This document shows, piece by piece, positions 12,191-25,707 of a DNA stretch of 64,000 nt (positions within the stretch are counted from its first letter, which is position 1; every line of letters starts with the position of its first letter). The position numbers and the translations under genes are program-made. A model generated the notes under the pieces. It was not told the origin of the DNA, searched no databases, and was given only the letters and a program-made list of their open reading frames with translations. Source of the DNA: the human T2T-CHM13v2.0 reference genome, Homo sapiens; NCBI RefSeq assembly GCF_009914755.1, contig NC_060927.1. The stretch is one strand, 5' to 3'.

Positions 12191-14319
12191 TTCTTCAGAT
12201 TTAATGGTCAGGCAAATTGACTCTCCCTTTTCATGGACAGGGACGAGATCACAGTGCAGAAAATGTGTTGAAAAATACCGTGGTAGACACAGTCAAATAG
12301 ACATGGGCACAAATAAGCACAATAAAATAGTTAAAGAACCAATATTAAGGAACATTCAGGATATAGACAGACATCATGCATTATCTCACAAGCTGTTAGT
12401 CTAGTACAGATGACTTAGAGAGGAAGTCAAGGTAAGGTAAAAGGTATTCCAAGATCGCTGATCTCTCTAACAACGCCAATATTGTAGAAAAAGAGTCTGG
12501 TATAGTATCTACCCTTACTATCTATTATAACTGATATCAACATTAGATATACAATGTAATGCTTTGTAAAGGCAGGCAGAAAATAAAAATAAGTTGAAAG
12601 ATCAACCTTCTCTCTGGGTAACATGGGATCAGAAGAACAGCTTAAAAGTTTAGAGATGTTTTTAGCAAAACAGGACCAGAGAACCCACAGACAATAGTAT
12701 TTCTCCTAGTAAAAAAAAATAAAGGATATCAGTAGGCTATTTCTGAAAAAGATGTCTGTTAAAAATACCTTCTATTCTCCGTTCTCCCAGTGTATAACTC
12801 ATGAGTGTGTAAGAATCTGTAGTTTATATTTAATAAAACTTGTTCTATTTAAAGTCATATTGTATTCTGGAATAAAGTTATAGAGTGTAGTTCAGGGCTG
12901 TGAAGTGGAGAGGAGTTAATAGTGTTAATTGTTAGAGAAAATAATTTTCTTAATTTTAAACATATATTCTCAAATTTAGAAACAACTAAAAGATGGTTTG
13001 TATGGGTCACTTTGAACTAAAAATTAAAAATTGTATTACTAAAAAGAAATGTATAATACTCAAACCTCATTTAAATTTATATTTTAAAAGCATAGAGATT
13101 AAAGATGACCCTCCAGTTAAGGCTTTAAAGAGAATATATGAATCACTACTGTCAATGTGTAGCTCAATCACATGAGCAAATTAGATTTCTCAAAAACAAA
13201 CAATATGGGAGAGTACGATCCTTAAAAATATTCAGTTAAGTTATAGTCAAGACAATGATATATAATTGAATCAAATTAAGGTGTTAAAATGTGTGTATGT
13301 CTGTGCATTTTTAATGCAGTTTTAACATGTACATGGAGAAAATTATGCCTGCCTTCAAGGAATTTAAACTTGATAACATGTTAAGCTGTTATAGGAGCTC
13401 TTATACAATAGATTTTATGTAGTAAGGGACATTGTAGCAGAAAGTAATCTTACTTTATTAGAAGAAAGATAATTAAATTTATTATTTGAGCTAGACTTTG
13501 ATATACGAGATGTATTTTAATAGTTACAGAAATTATAAAAATATGTATTCCAAGAAAGAGTGACGTAAGAAATCCTGACACCAAGACCAAGCTGAGGCTA
13601 GGAAGTATGTAGATGGTAGTTGATATGTAGTTCAATTGGACTAAAGTTCTCTCTTATTTTTATTCTTTTCTTTATTACTACTATTATGATAATGATTTTG
13701 ATTACCTAAAATGGGAAGACAAATCTGGGAAGGATATTTGGGTTGAATATAGTAATGGAAGGAGCTCCAGTTTTAATCTTTAGATTATGCTGAACCTCAT
13801 AATTTTCAGCAGTGGCTGATAGTCACAAGTGTCTATAAATGAATCTAGTGCATCACTGAACATAAGAAACTAGAAATGTGTAAATTATTATAATATCCAT
13901 ATAATTATAATAGTCATATTAAAATTGAAGCTCATGTTACTTAATCAAGACATATATACCCAAAATAACTTCCTTAAATAGAATGTACTATTTTTATAGA
14001 AATTAATCTCAAAGCATAATAAAATTAGATTTAATGTGAAAATGGCAAATTCATGATACCATGGCAGATATTGTTTAAATTATTATTTAAGGCCTCATCC
14101 ATTATTTATACTTTAATATAAAATATGTATAGAGCTATATATTTATATAATTTATTGATACCAGTGTATACAGATGCTTTTATTCTGTAAAGCAATAATA
14201 CTCTTATTTAAAATGTTTAAGATGACTGATTAGAAGTATTACAAGTACATCTCATCCACTTAGAAAAACATAGTAATGTATAGACAGTATAATACTTTCA
14301 ATACATTATGCAATAAAAA

Positions 14320-17300
14320 ACATGGGAGTTCAACAGAAAAAGAACAGGAAACTCCAAAAACTAGGAAGAAAAGAAACAGGCAATTGGTGTGACTGGAATT
14401 GGCTGGGAATTCAAAGTGACTTCCCAGTACAGATAAGAATGTGTAAGTGTTTTTCTGCAGTCCACTTTCCACTGGGGAATAAGGCCATCCAGGCCATAGG
14501 AGAGCATCTTGACACTCCTAATTCCTGAATCTTAGGGAGCAGCCAAGAGACTGTGAGAAGAAACTTCTCCAGGGAGAGAAATCCCTCTGGATCCCATGCA
14601 ATTTCTGAAACCTAACTGGTTATAGCAAGATGTGATCCTTATTCCTACCACTTAGCAGGCTGTGTGCAGTCCTTGGAACCTGTGGCACTATCCTATGCAT
14701 TAGGGAAACAGGCTGCAATTGTGGAACCAAGACATGAGTTGGAGGTGGCTTTTACAACCAGAACTGAGAAGTAAATATAGTGTAGGCTATAGCCAGCAGT
14801 GCCGGAAGTGGGCATTGCCCCCAGGACATAAACCAGACAAGAGTTGCTGTGAACGTTTGGTCTTAAGCTGGATGGGGACTCACACAGCCTGGGCCTGAGT
14901 TGCAGGCTAGGTGTAATCTCCTGGGTCTGACAGCCTAGCCAGGTCAGCTACAATAGCCCAAATGGATTAGGATTGGAATGAGAAAATGACAGAAGTCCCC
15001 CATCTGCCAGTAAGATCTGTGGCCACTGGGATTAGTCCCACCCTTCCTGTGGCAGGACCTTAGCACAGTTGTGGTCACCCTTCACCCAAGCATTCTGCCA
15101 GACAAAGCTGGTGGAGACATTTGTATTTGGGACACCTGAGTAAAAAGTTACCTCACCTGGCTCTACCAGGCTGTGCCTCCTCCCGTGAGACAGGGTGTAA
15201 GATCCAGGGCCCTGGGGGCTCTACAACCCAATTCACCACCTGGAACACTGGAGTACTCTTCCCAGAGAACTGATGTTGACCATAAACCCTCTACCACTAT
15301 CAACTCAGTTGGTTTCTACCTGCAAGCAACAGCTACTGGCCTGGAGGCTGACCCACACAGCCTATTGAACCACAGACAACACAAGGTTCAGTGCTTGGGA
15401 ACCAGAAGAACATTTTACCACAGCTGCAACCACCATTGCACATGACATGCTGTCTGTCCAAGAGCTCGGATACCTGGAGTCACCAAAACAGGTGCCAGCA
15501 TGTGTTGGCCCAAGGCACAAGAATAGACGTACTTAACCCAGCACCCCCACCACTGAAACCTGAAGATGGGCCCATCTGGTATTTTAGTTTTCAACACAAC
15601 TTTACCACAGTCCCCACAACCAATAATCTGAATTGAGGAAACCACAGATACCACTACACTGCAAATAGCCAAAAAAAATCACACAGATACTTCACTATGA
15701 CATGCATCCAGAAGCAAAACCAAAGGACTCTACCCAACCAACATTATAGGCACATCTTCAAGCAAAAGTACACCTTAATAAAAGTAAATTCAAAAATAAG
15801 TAAATTCAATAAATAATAAAAAATTTCACACCACGTGCAGATAAATCAAAATAAAAACATAGGAAACATGAAAAGCAAAGTAGTATGACACCTCCAAGAA
15901 ACAAAATAATTATCCACCTATATATCTTAATAAAAAAACTTCAAAATTTCAGATAAAGAATATAAAATATGTATTCAATGATGCACAATGGGAAGCAAGA
16001 GAAATTGAAACTAATACCAGAAAGTTAGAAAATTAATTGAGTTTGTGAATGAGAACTTTACCAAGGAGACAGATATTTTAAAAACAAGTAAACAAACAAT
16101 AAACAAAAAATTCTGAAATTAACAAATTTATTGATAATAATACAAAATACATTTGAAAGCTTCAATCATAGACTAGACTGAGCAGAAGAATAAATTTCAG
16201 AACTAGGAGAGAAGTATTTTGAAATAATCTAGTTAGAGGAAAATAAAGAAAAAAATCATAGAAATGTCAGGAAACAACAGATGCTGGAGAGGATGTGGAG
16301 AAATAGGAACACTTTGACACTGTTGGTGGGACTGTAAACTAGTTCAACCATTGTAGAAGTCAGTGTGGCGATTCCTCAGGGATCTAGAACTAGAAATACC
16401 ATTTGACCCAGCCATCCCATTACTGGGTATATTCCCAAAGGATTATAAATCATGCTGCTATAAAGACACGTGCACACGTATATTTATTGTGGCACTATTC
16501 ACAATAGCAAAGACTTGGAACCAACCCAAATGTCCAACAATGATAGACTGGATTAAGAAAATGTGACACATATACACCATGGAATACTATGCAGCCATAA
16601 AAAATGATTTCATAATTAAACAGAATGAAGAAAGACTTAAAAATCTTTGGAATAACATAAGGCAACCAAATTTATGAATTATTGGTATTCCTGAGCATGA
16701 AGAGAGGTCAAGAAGCTTTGAAAACCTGTATAAGAGTATAAAATATAAAAACTGCCCAAGTTCAGGAAGAGATTTACACATTTAGATATAAATGAAGATC
16801 AGCAATCCTCAAGCAGACAGAATCCAAGAAAGACTTTGCCATGGCACATTATAATAAGACTATCTAAAGTCAAACTAAAAAAGCAAATTCTGAAAACAGC
16901 AAAGGCATCTGGTAACCTAGATGGAAACTCTACCATACTAACAGTGGGCATCTCAGCAGAGACCCTACAGGACAGGGGGAAATTGACTGATATATTCAAA
17001 GTGCTCAAAGAAAATTTTTAAATCAATAATATAAATTCAGCAAGGCTGGTTTGCATAAATAAAGGATAAGTAGTCTTTTTCAGACAAACAAATTCTGAGG
17101 AAATTGATCCAACCTAGGATGAGCCTATAAGAAATGCTTAAGTGAGTCCTACACTTGGAAGCAAAAGGAATATATTCACCATCATGAAAACACAGAAATG
17201 TATAAAAGTCACTGATAAAGCAATCATACAAAGAAAAAGAATCAAATAGCAAGATTAAGGACTTACAAAACCTAATGTATTAATAATAACCTTGAGTGTA

Positions 17301-19335
17301 AATTGATTACTCTACTTAATATACAAAGATTGGTGAATGGATTAAATAAAATGATCCAACTACATGCTGCTCATAAGAAACTTACCTTACCACTGAAGAC
17401 ATATAGATTATAAGGGTGAAAAAAGATATTCCATGCAAATGGAGATCAAAAATGAGCAGATTGAGCTGTACTTATATGAGAGAAAACATACCTTAAATCA
17501 AAACCATTAAAAAAGGCAAAGAAGGTTATTCTGTAATGATAAATGGATCAATATAGCAAGATAACGCAACAATTCTAAATAAGTATGCACCTAACACTAG
17601 AGCACTAAGAATCATAAATCAAATATTATTAGACCTAAAGTGAGAGATGGACGGCTATAAAATAATAGTTGGGGACTTAAAACCCCATTCACAGCATTAG
17701 ACAGATTATCAGATATAAAATCAAACAAAGTTTAGGCTTAAATGATATTTTAGACAAATTAGACCTAGAAGAAATTTGCAAAATATTCTTCCTAACAACT
17801 TTAGTATATAATTATTTTCATCAACCCATAGAACATTCTCCAACATAAACCTTATTTTAGCTCACATGTGGTCTTAAGAAAGTCTTAACAAATTTTTAAA
17901 AATCAAAATCATATCAAGTATTTTCTCAGACTACAGTGTAATAAAATTAAAAATCAATACCAAGATGTACTACAGACACTATATGAATAAATGAAAATTA
18001 ATAAATATGCTTCTGAACAAACATTGGATCAACAAAGACATTAAGACCAAAAATTTTAAAATATTTGAAACAAACAAAAATAAAGACACAACATACCAAA
18101 ACCACCACAAAGCAAAAGCAGTGCTAAGAGAAAATTTCATAGCATTAAATATCTATATCAAAAAGATAGAACTATTAAAAATTAACAATCTAACAACACA
18201 ACTCAAGGAATTAGAATAGTGAGAAGAAACTAAACTCAAAATCAGCAGAAGAAAAAATAAAAAAGATCAAAGAAGATGGAAATGAAATACAGCCTAAATA
18301 GACCACAAAGATCAGTGAAATGTAAAGATGATTCTGTCAAAAGGTAATCAAAATTCATAATCTGCAAGTTAGAGTCAAAAAAATGAGAAAAAACCCGAAT
18401 AAAGAAAATTAGAAATGAAAATATGTCCATCTGATAACACAGAAATACAAACCATCATAAGAGACTATTATGAACAACAATACACTCACAAACTGGAAAA
18501 CCTAGAGAAAATGGATGAATTCCTGAAAACATAAAATCTCCCAAAATTGAACCAGGAAGAAATAGATAATCTGAAAATATCAGTAAGGAATATTGAGATT
18601 GAATCAGTAATAAAAAGCATCTCAATAAAAAAAGCCCAGCACCAGCCAAATTCTACAAAACATGTGACGAAGATGTCATTCCAGTACTCCAGAAACCCTT
18701 CCAAAAAAAATCAAGGAGGAGGGAATTCTCCCTCTTTTTATGAGCCAGTATTTCCTTGACACCAAAACTAGACAAGAATACAACAAAAAAGAAAATTATA
18801 GACCAAAATCTCCCATTAACATATGCACAAAAATTCTCAAACAAAATACCAACAAACAAAATGCAACAACACATGAAAAAGATACTACACCATGATCAAG
18901 TGGGTTTTATACCAGGGACGCAAGGGTGGATCAACATATATTAATCAAGAAATGTGATAAATCACATTTGATCATCTCAATAGATAAAGAAAAAAGCACT
19001 TGATAAAATTTAGCATTTTCTCATAATACAAATCCCCAAAAACTACACATAGAAAGTACAAACCCCAAAATAATCAAGGCCGTTTGTGACAGTCCAACAG
19101 CCAACATCATACTAAATGGAGAAAAGTCAGTAGAAAGCACTGCCTCTAAAGTAGGAACAAGACAAGGATATCCAGTTTCATCATTTTTATTCAACATAGT
19201 ACTGTAAACCCCAACCAGATAAATTAGGCCACAGAAATAAATGAAAGGTATCCAAATTGGAAAAAAGAAAGTAAAATTATCTCTGTTTGCCAGTGATATA
19301 ATTTTACATCTAGAAAACCTTAATATTCTACTAAA
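14320..19335 (+). mobile_element. Old L1 (L1PB/L1MA type): 5'UTR, ORF1 and ORF2 up to the RT core; 3' part missing
   Basis: ORF1p-like PWHIIIRLSKVK...ISAETLQ (16836); ORF2p-like [26 protein letters not shown]; ends after the ctctgtttgccagtgat...ctagaaaac region. Confidence 0.88.
16254..16613 (+). mobile_element. Internal L1PA ORF2 C-terminal fragment without 3'UTR, poly(A) or clear TSD, inside the old L1 ORF1
   Basis: Peptide [22 protein letters not shown]...; host ORF1 reads aaataaagaaaaaa | attaaacagaatgaag across the insert. Confidence 0.92.
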
Positions 19336-19719
19336 ATGAGAAAAAAGAAATGTCTATTGTTAGATATAAATTTATGTTGGGAAATACAATATGGAAGAGA
19401 ATAGTCTGTTTTAAAAGAAGCCCAGGGAAACTACTCATATAGCCTTCACAAAAAAGTTAGAAAATTTATATATATTGGATTATTTTAGCATGTGTTTATG
19501 AAATGTATCCTTTATTAAAAGTAAAGTTATAGTATGCAGTGCTACACATAATTTCCTAGTGTTATAAATGCTAGTGTGAGTAGACAATTCTGAAATAATA
19601 AGAGGATTTTAGGAGCTACAGAAAGATGAGATAATTACATGTTAGATATCTTACTGTATTTTTCTTTTAGTATTATGGATTCTATTCCTCCGTATCTTTA
19701 TTGGAAATGCTATGGCTTT

Positions 19720-20196
19720 GCTGTATGTCTTCCATTTGCCCAAAATGGACTATCATTTTCCACTTGCCTCTGTCCTTGGTGAGGCTGACCTGCATAGATT
19801 GCATCAGTGGGACTTCTGGCTTTCTGGTTTCTAGTTAAGTTTTGCCAGTGGAAATTACGTGCAGGAAGAAGAGAGAATTCAGAGTTTTATACCTGTTCCC
19901 CTCTGCTGGGGCTTTCCAGGTAGAGTGCTTCCCTATACTGAGGTTCAGAGCTTTTTTCAGTTAACTCTTGCCAGATGACTTTCTTTCTAGGTCCAGTAAT
20001 TCCTCCCGCTTTGTTCTTTCAGGCCCAAAGTTGGTAATGGATCACTCCATTACTAACTTCAGGCTGCTGGATTACCCTTTGTTTGGTCATTTTACCTAAA
20101 TCCTTTCCAACATTTTGTAAATCATTTTACTAAATTTTTCTTAATTTCAATTTGCGTATACCATCTTTTTTTAATGTCAGGACACTGCAAGTTACA
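19720..20196. mobile_element. Old ERVL LTR (LTR33-like)
   Basis: gaggctgacctgcatagattgcatcagtggg...ttctggtttctagttaagttttgccagtgga and terminal caggacactgcaagttaca. Confidence 0.5.
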
Positions 20197-20317
20197 ATCT
20201 TGTATATTACATTTGCCTCCGTTTGAAAAGAGAAAGTGTGGAGAAAGGTGCAAGGAAGACACACTAAGAAAAAAAACGGGAAATTATGCACTATTTTTTA
20301 CATTTTAAAAAGCTATC

Positions 20318-23300
20318 TTTTAATTCACATACAGTAAAATTTACTCTTTTGAGGGCTACAGCCCTGCAGCATTAAGTACAATATGTAAAATTGTGTAACT
20401 ACCAGTGCACTTAAAATCAAGAACAGTCCCATGACCATCCAAAATTTATTTGCATTGCTCTTTGTGGTTAAATGCCATCCCCATCTCTAACCCTGGCAAT
20501 CACTGATCTGTTTGCCATCCCTGTTGCTTTGTATTTTATATTTCCACAAAAATTGATTTGTAAAATATGCTGTCTTTGGTTCTGGCTTCTTTCACTTTGC
20601 CTGTTGCCTTTGAGATTCATCCATGCATTTGTGAATATTAACAGTTAACTCATCTATATTACTGCATAGTATCCATCATTTCTTTTTTTAAAATTTTATT
20701 ATTATTATACTTTAAGTTTTAGGGTACATGTGCACAACGTGCAGGTTTGTTACATATGTATACATGTGCCACGTTGGTGTGCTGCACCCATTAACTCGTC
20801 ATTTAGCATTAGATATATCTCCTAATGCTATCCCTCCCCACTCCTCCACCCCCATAACAGGCCCCAGTGTGTGATGTTCCCCTTCCCGTGTCCATGTGTT
20901 CTCATTGTTCAATTCCCACCTATGAGTGAGAACATGTGGTGTTTGGTTTTTTGTCCTTGCAATAGTTTGCTGAGAATGATGGTTTCCAGCTTCATCCATG
21001 TCCCTACAAAGGACATGAACTCATCCTTTTTATGGCTGCATAGTATTCCATGGTGTATATGTGTCACATTTTCTTAATCCAGTCTATCATTGTTGGACAT
21101 TTGGGTTGGTTCCAAGTCTTTGCTATTGTGAATAGTGCCACAATAAATATACGTGTGCACGTGTCTTTATAGCAGCATGATTTATAATCCTTTGGGTATA
21201 TACCCAGGAATGGGATGGCTGGGTCAAATGGTATTTCTAGTTCTAAGATCCCTGAGGAATCACCACACTGACTTCCACAATGGTTGAACTAGTTTACAGT
21301 CCCACCAACAGTGTAAATGTGTTCCTATTTCTCCACATCCTCTCCAGCACCTGTTGTTTCCTGACCTTTTAACGATCACCATTCTAACTGGTGTGAGATG
21401 GTATCTCGTTGTGGTTTTGATTTGCATTTCTCTGATGGCCAGTGAAGACGAGCATTTTTTCATGTGTTTTTTGGCTGCATAAACGTCTTGTTTTTAGAAG
21501 TGTCTGTTCATATCCTTCGCCCAGTTTTTGATGGGGTTGTTTGTTTTATTTCTTGTAAATTTGTGGGAGCTCATTGTAGATTCTGGATATTAGCCCTTTG
21601 TCAGATGAGTAGGTTGCAAAAATTTTCTCCCATTCTGTAGGTCGCCTGTTCTCTCTGATGGTAGTTTCTTTTGCTGTGCAGAAGCTCTTTAGTTTAACTA
21701 GGTCCCATATGTCAATAGTCATCATTTCTTTACCCTCTTGCCAGTTGAAGAAATTGGGTTGTTTCCAGCTTTGGCAATTGTGAGACAACACTGTTATAAA
21801 CATTTGAGTACAGGTTTTTGAGGGCATAACTTTTCATTTCACTTGGATAAATACCCAAAATGGTATTGTTGGGTCACACAGTGTTTAATATTATACACAC
21901 TGCCAAACACTTGATATTGTGTGTCAATTTCATTTCAGAACACATTTTATTGGATGAACAGTAATACTATATTTTGATTTTCATGTGCAATTTCTTGATG
22001 ACTAGTGATGATGTGTATCTTGTCATGTTCCTTTTGGCCAGTGGTATATCACTTATAGTGAAGTATCTTGTCACACATTTTGCTCAATTTAAATTGTATT
22101 TTTAAATCATTGATTATAAGAGTTCTTTATGTATTCTGGATATAAATATGGAAAAATATTTGCATATAAATGTGCATATTTGTGCATATTATGTAACTAT
22201 TTATTATATTTATACATATTGTGCATATTACATGTTTATAATAGTTTTATATAGAATCATGTATATGCATAAATATATTATGCATATTTAATTTTTTCCC
22301 AACTATGTGGTCATTTTATTTTCTCGTACGTGTCTTTTAAATAGCAAACTTTTTTTAGTTTTATTTTGATAATATTTATTTTATACATTTTATTTTATTT
22401 TACTTTATTGTTCATAACTTTGTGTCCTATTTGATAAATCTGTGCTTGACCCATAACTAAAAATACTTTTGCCTAAAAATGTATGTATTTTGCCTACAAT
22501 TTTAAAGTTTTAACTTTTACTTTTAGTTCTATGATTGATTCTGAGCTGATTTATTTTAGCAATGAGATTTTACAGATTAAGGTTTTTAATACTGTGATTT
22601 TTAATATTGAAGAAGATTGAGGTTAATCTTTGTCAATGCAGATGTCATGCTTTGCTTTTCAGCACTGTTTTTTTAAAGACATCTTTTTCAAATGAATAAC
22701 CTTTGGTATCTTTGTAGAATGACGATTTAACATGCAAATGTGGATGCATTTCTATACTTTCCACTTTGTTTTATTTGTATATGAATTCATATGCCAATAG
22801 CACACTATTTTCTTCCCCATAACTTTACAGTAAGTATTAAAACTAGGTAATGTAAGTCCTCCAAATATTTTTCTTTTATCAAATCATTATGTATATCTAA
22901 GGACCTCTGCCTTTCCATATATATTTTAGATTCAGCTCATATTTTTAAATAATTCTGCTAGAATTTTAATTAGGCTTACATTTAATCTATATATGAATTT
23001 GAGAAGAATTTTCATCTTTACATCACCAATATTCCAATTATTGAATATTTAATTCTTCACTCCAAATTTAATTTCTCATAGCTTTTTTCTTTTTAATTTT
23101 CAGTAAGCACATTTATAAACCCCTGGTTAAATTATTTTTAAAATTTTAATTTTATGCTTTTGTGAGTGATAGTTTAACTTTTATTTTCTAACTCACCATT
23201 CATATTGTGTAGCACCGAAACTGACTTTTGTGTATTAGATTTTGGTTGTTGTTACCCAATAAAATTAGTTTTCAGCTCTAGCTTTTTTTATTAATTGCTT

Positions 23301-23990
23301 CGGATTATCTATAGAGATGATTATGCCATCTATACAAAAAGAAAGTCTGAGTTCTTTCTTTGAAATTTTGTGTGTTTTGGAAAAAGTCAAAGAATAGTAC
23401 AATGAAGGCCACAGCTTAAAAAAATTAATAATAAAAAGTTGGAAAAGTTGCCCAAAAACTTGAATGTAATTAATATCACTGAACTGTACACTTAAAATGG
23501 TTAAACTGTTAAATTTTATGTTGTGTATTTTTGACCAAAAATTTTAAAAATTTGGAAAAAATCTTATATAAAGAATAATCCTGTCTTAACCACAGTCAGT
23601 GTCATTCTTTTTATATTGCCTAGGATTGAACCTCTTGTACAAAACTGAAAAAAAATGGTGGCAATGAACATGCTTACCTTGTTCAAAATTTTAGGCTAAA
23701 ATCATTAATTTCTTCAACACTGAGCATTTTTTTTCTATTTCTAATTTTCCAACGAGTTTTCCATAGAATTTTTTAAAAATTCAAGCACTTTATTTGCATT
23801 TACTTAAATGATCCTATGCTTGCTTCTCTTACATTCTCTTAACATGGTAAAGGGCATTAATTGTAATATCTGAAACTAACCTTGCATTCTTGATATAAAC
23901 CCCATTATTTTTCAAGCTGTAGAATTTTTATTTTAATCAGGCTAATTTTAAACATTAGCCTGAATTTTTTTATTTTATTTGATAATAAAA
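20318..23990 (-). mobile_element. Ancient L1MC/MD/ME 3' portion, interrupted by L1PA (20686-21716) and an L1MB tail (about 23440-23560, +)
   Basis: aattcacatacagtaaaatttactctttt 3' end, ttctggcttctttcact, degenerate ORF2 downstream. Confidence 0.7.
20686..21716 (-). mobile_element. L1PA4/5-like 3' 1 kb with TSD CATCATTTCTTT
   Basis: Canonical L1PA 3'UTR and ORF2 C-terminus; TSD at 20674-20685 and 21720-21731. Confidence 0.95.
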
Positions 23991-24029
23991 AGGGATAGTC
24001 AAGATAATTTTTTCTTCTCTACTGATTTT

Positions 24030-24530
24030 TCAATTACTTTTCAAATTTAAAATAAGAGCAGGTAATACAGAGTCATTTTACACATCCTCTTTCAACCCAT
24101 CCTTTCTCCTATTAGTAACATCTTGTACTGCTGTGATACATTTTTAGACATGATGACCCAATATTGATTCGTTAATAATAACTAAATTCCATAGATTGTA
24201 TTAGGATTCGAGCTTTGTGTTGTACAGTATTGGTTTCAATAAATTCATAACATTAGGTATTCACTATTACAGTACTATATAGAATGGTTTTACTTTCCTA
24301 AAAAATTATTGTGTTCTACATATTCATCCCTCCTTCACTACTCTCCCTCAAAAAACTGGCAACCACTGACCTTACTGTTTCTGAAGTTTTGCCTTTTCCA
24401 AAATGTCATAAGGCTAAACACATAAACTATGAAGCCTTTTTAGTCTGGTCTTTTGTATTTGGAAATATACATGTAAGATTCCTACATGTCATTTTCAACT
24501 TAATAGCTCATTTCTTTAAAAAATTTTTCT
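24030..24530 (-). mobile_element. L1MC/L1MD 3'UTR fragment
   Basis: ttctcctattagtaacatcttgtac...aactaaattccatag...gcaaccactgacc...ttgccttttccaaaatgtcata. Confidence 0.65.
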
Positions 24531-24603
24531 ATGGATAATAGTTCATATGTATAAGGTATGTTTGATGTTTTGTTACAGGTATAAAATGTATAATAAATAA
24601 ATC

Positions 24604-24906
24604 TGCCCAGTGCGGTGGCTCACGCCTGTAAACCCAGCATTTTGGGAGGCCGAAGGGCGTGGATCACGAGGTCAGGAATTCAAGACCAGCCCGGCCAAGA
24701 TGGTGAAACCCTGTCTCTACTGAAAATACAAAAATTAGCCAAGCCTGATGATGGATGCCTGTAATCCCAGCTACTCGAGAGGCTGAGCCAGAGAATAGCT
24801 TGAACCCGGGAGGCAGAGGTTGCAGTGAGCCAAGATCGTGCCACTGCACTCCAGGCTGGGTGAGAGAGTGAGGCTCCATCTCAAAATAAAATAAAATAAA
24901 ATAATA
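24604..24906 (+). mobile_element. AluSg-like with TSD AATAAATAAATC
   Basis: ggatcacgaggtcagg and ggccaagatggtgaaac diagnostics; (TAAAA)n tail; TSD 24592-24603 and 24907-24918. Confidence 0.92.
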
Positions 24907-25019
24907 AATAAATAAATCAGGGTAGAATTTCCATCACCTTAAACATTTATAATTCATTGGAATTAGGAACATGCCAATTCCATTCTTCTAGTTATTTAAA
25001 AATATACAATAAATTATTA

Positions 25020-25282
25020 TAATTTTTATTATTGAGACAGCTACTTGGGACACTGAGGTAGGAGTATCACTTGAGCCTAGGAGATTGAGGCTAAAGTGAG
25101 CCATGATGGCACCAACTGAACTTTGGCCTGGGTGACAGAGTGGAACACTGTCTCAATAATAATAACAATAATAATTTATTGTATATTTTAAAGTAAAAAA
25201 GAATGGGGTCTCACTATGTCGCCCAGGCTGGTATCAAACTCCCGGGGTCAAGCGATGACAGATGTGACTCATCATGCCTGGC
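25020..25282 (-). mobile_element. AluJ-like element with internally inverted right arm; TSD ACAATAAATTATTA
   Basis: TSD 25006-25019 and 25283-25296; left monomer on minus strand (25201-25282), right-arm sequence on plus strand (25038-25155). Confidence 0.85.
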
Positions 25283-25707
25283 ACAATAAATTATTAACTG
25301 TGATTGCCGTATTGTACCACCAAACAGTAAATCTTATTTCTCCTATCTAACCGAATGTTCCTATCCATTAAACAACACTTCTTTACCTCCCTTCCCACTC
25401 AGTCTCTAGTTGCCATCATTCTACTCTCTATCTCTATGAAATCATTTTTTTTTTTTTTAGCTCTCGCATGTGAGTAAGAACATGTGATATTTGTCTTTCT
25501 GTGTCTGGCATATTTCATCTAGAATAATATCCTCCTGTTCAATCCATGTTTTTGCAAATGACAGGATTTCATTTTTTATGACTAAATAATACTCCATTGT
25601 GTATATATACCACATTTCCTTATCCAGTCATCCATTGATGGACACAATTTTATTCTATAATTTAGCTAGTGTGAGTAGTGCTTCAATAAAAATGGGAGAG
25701 AAGCCAG

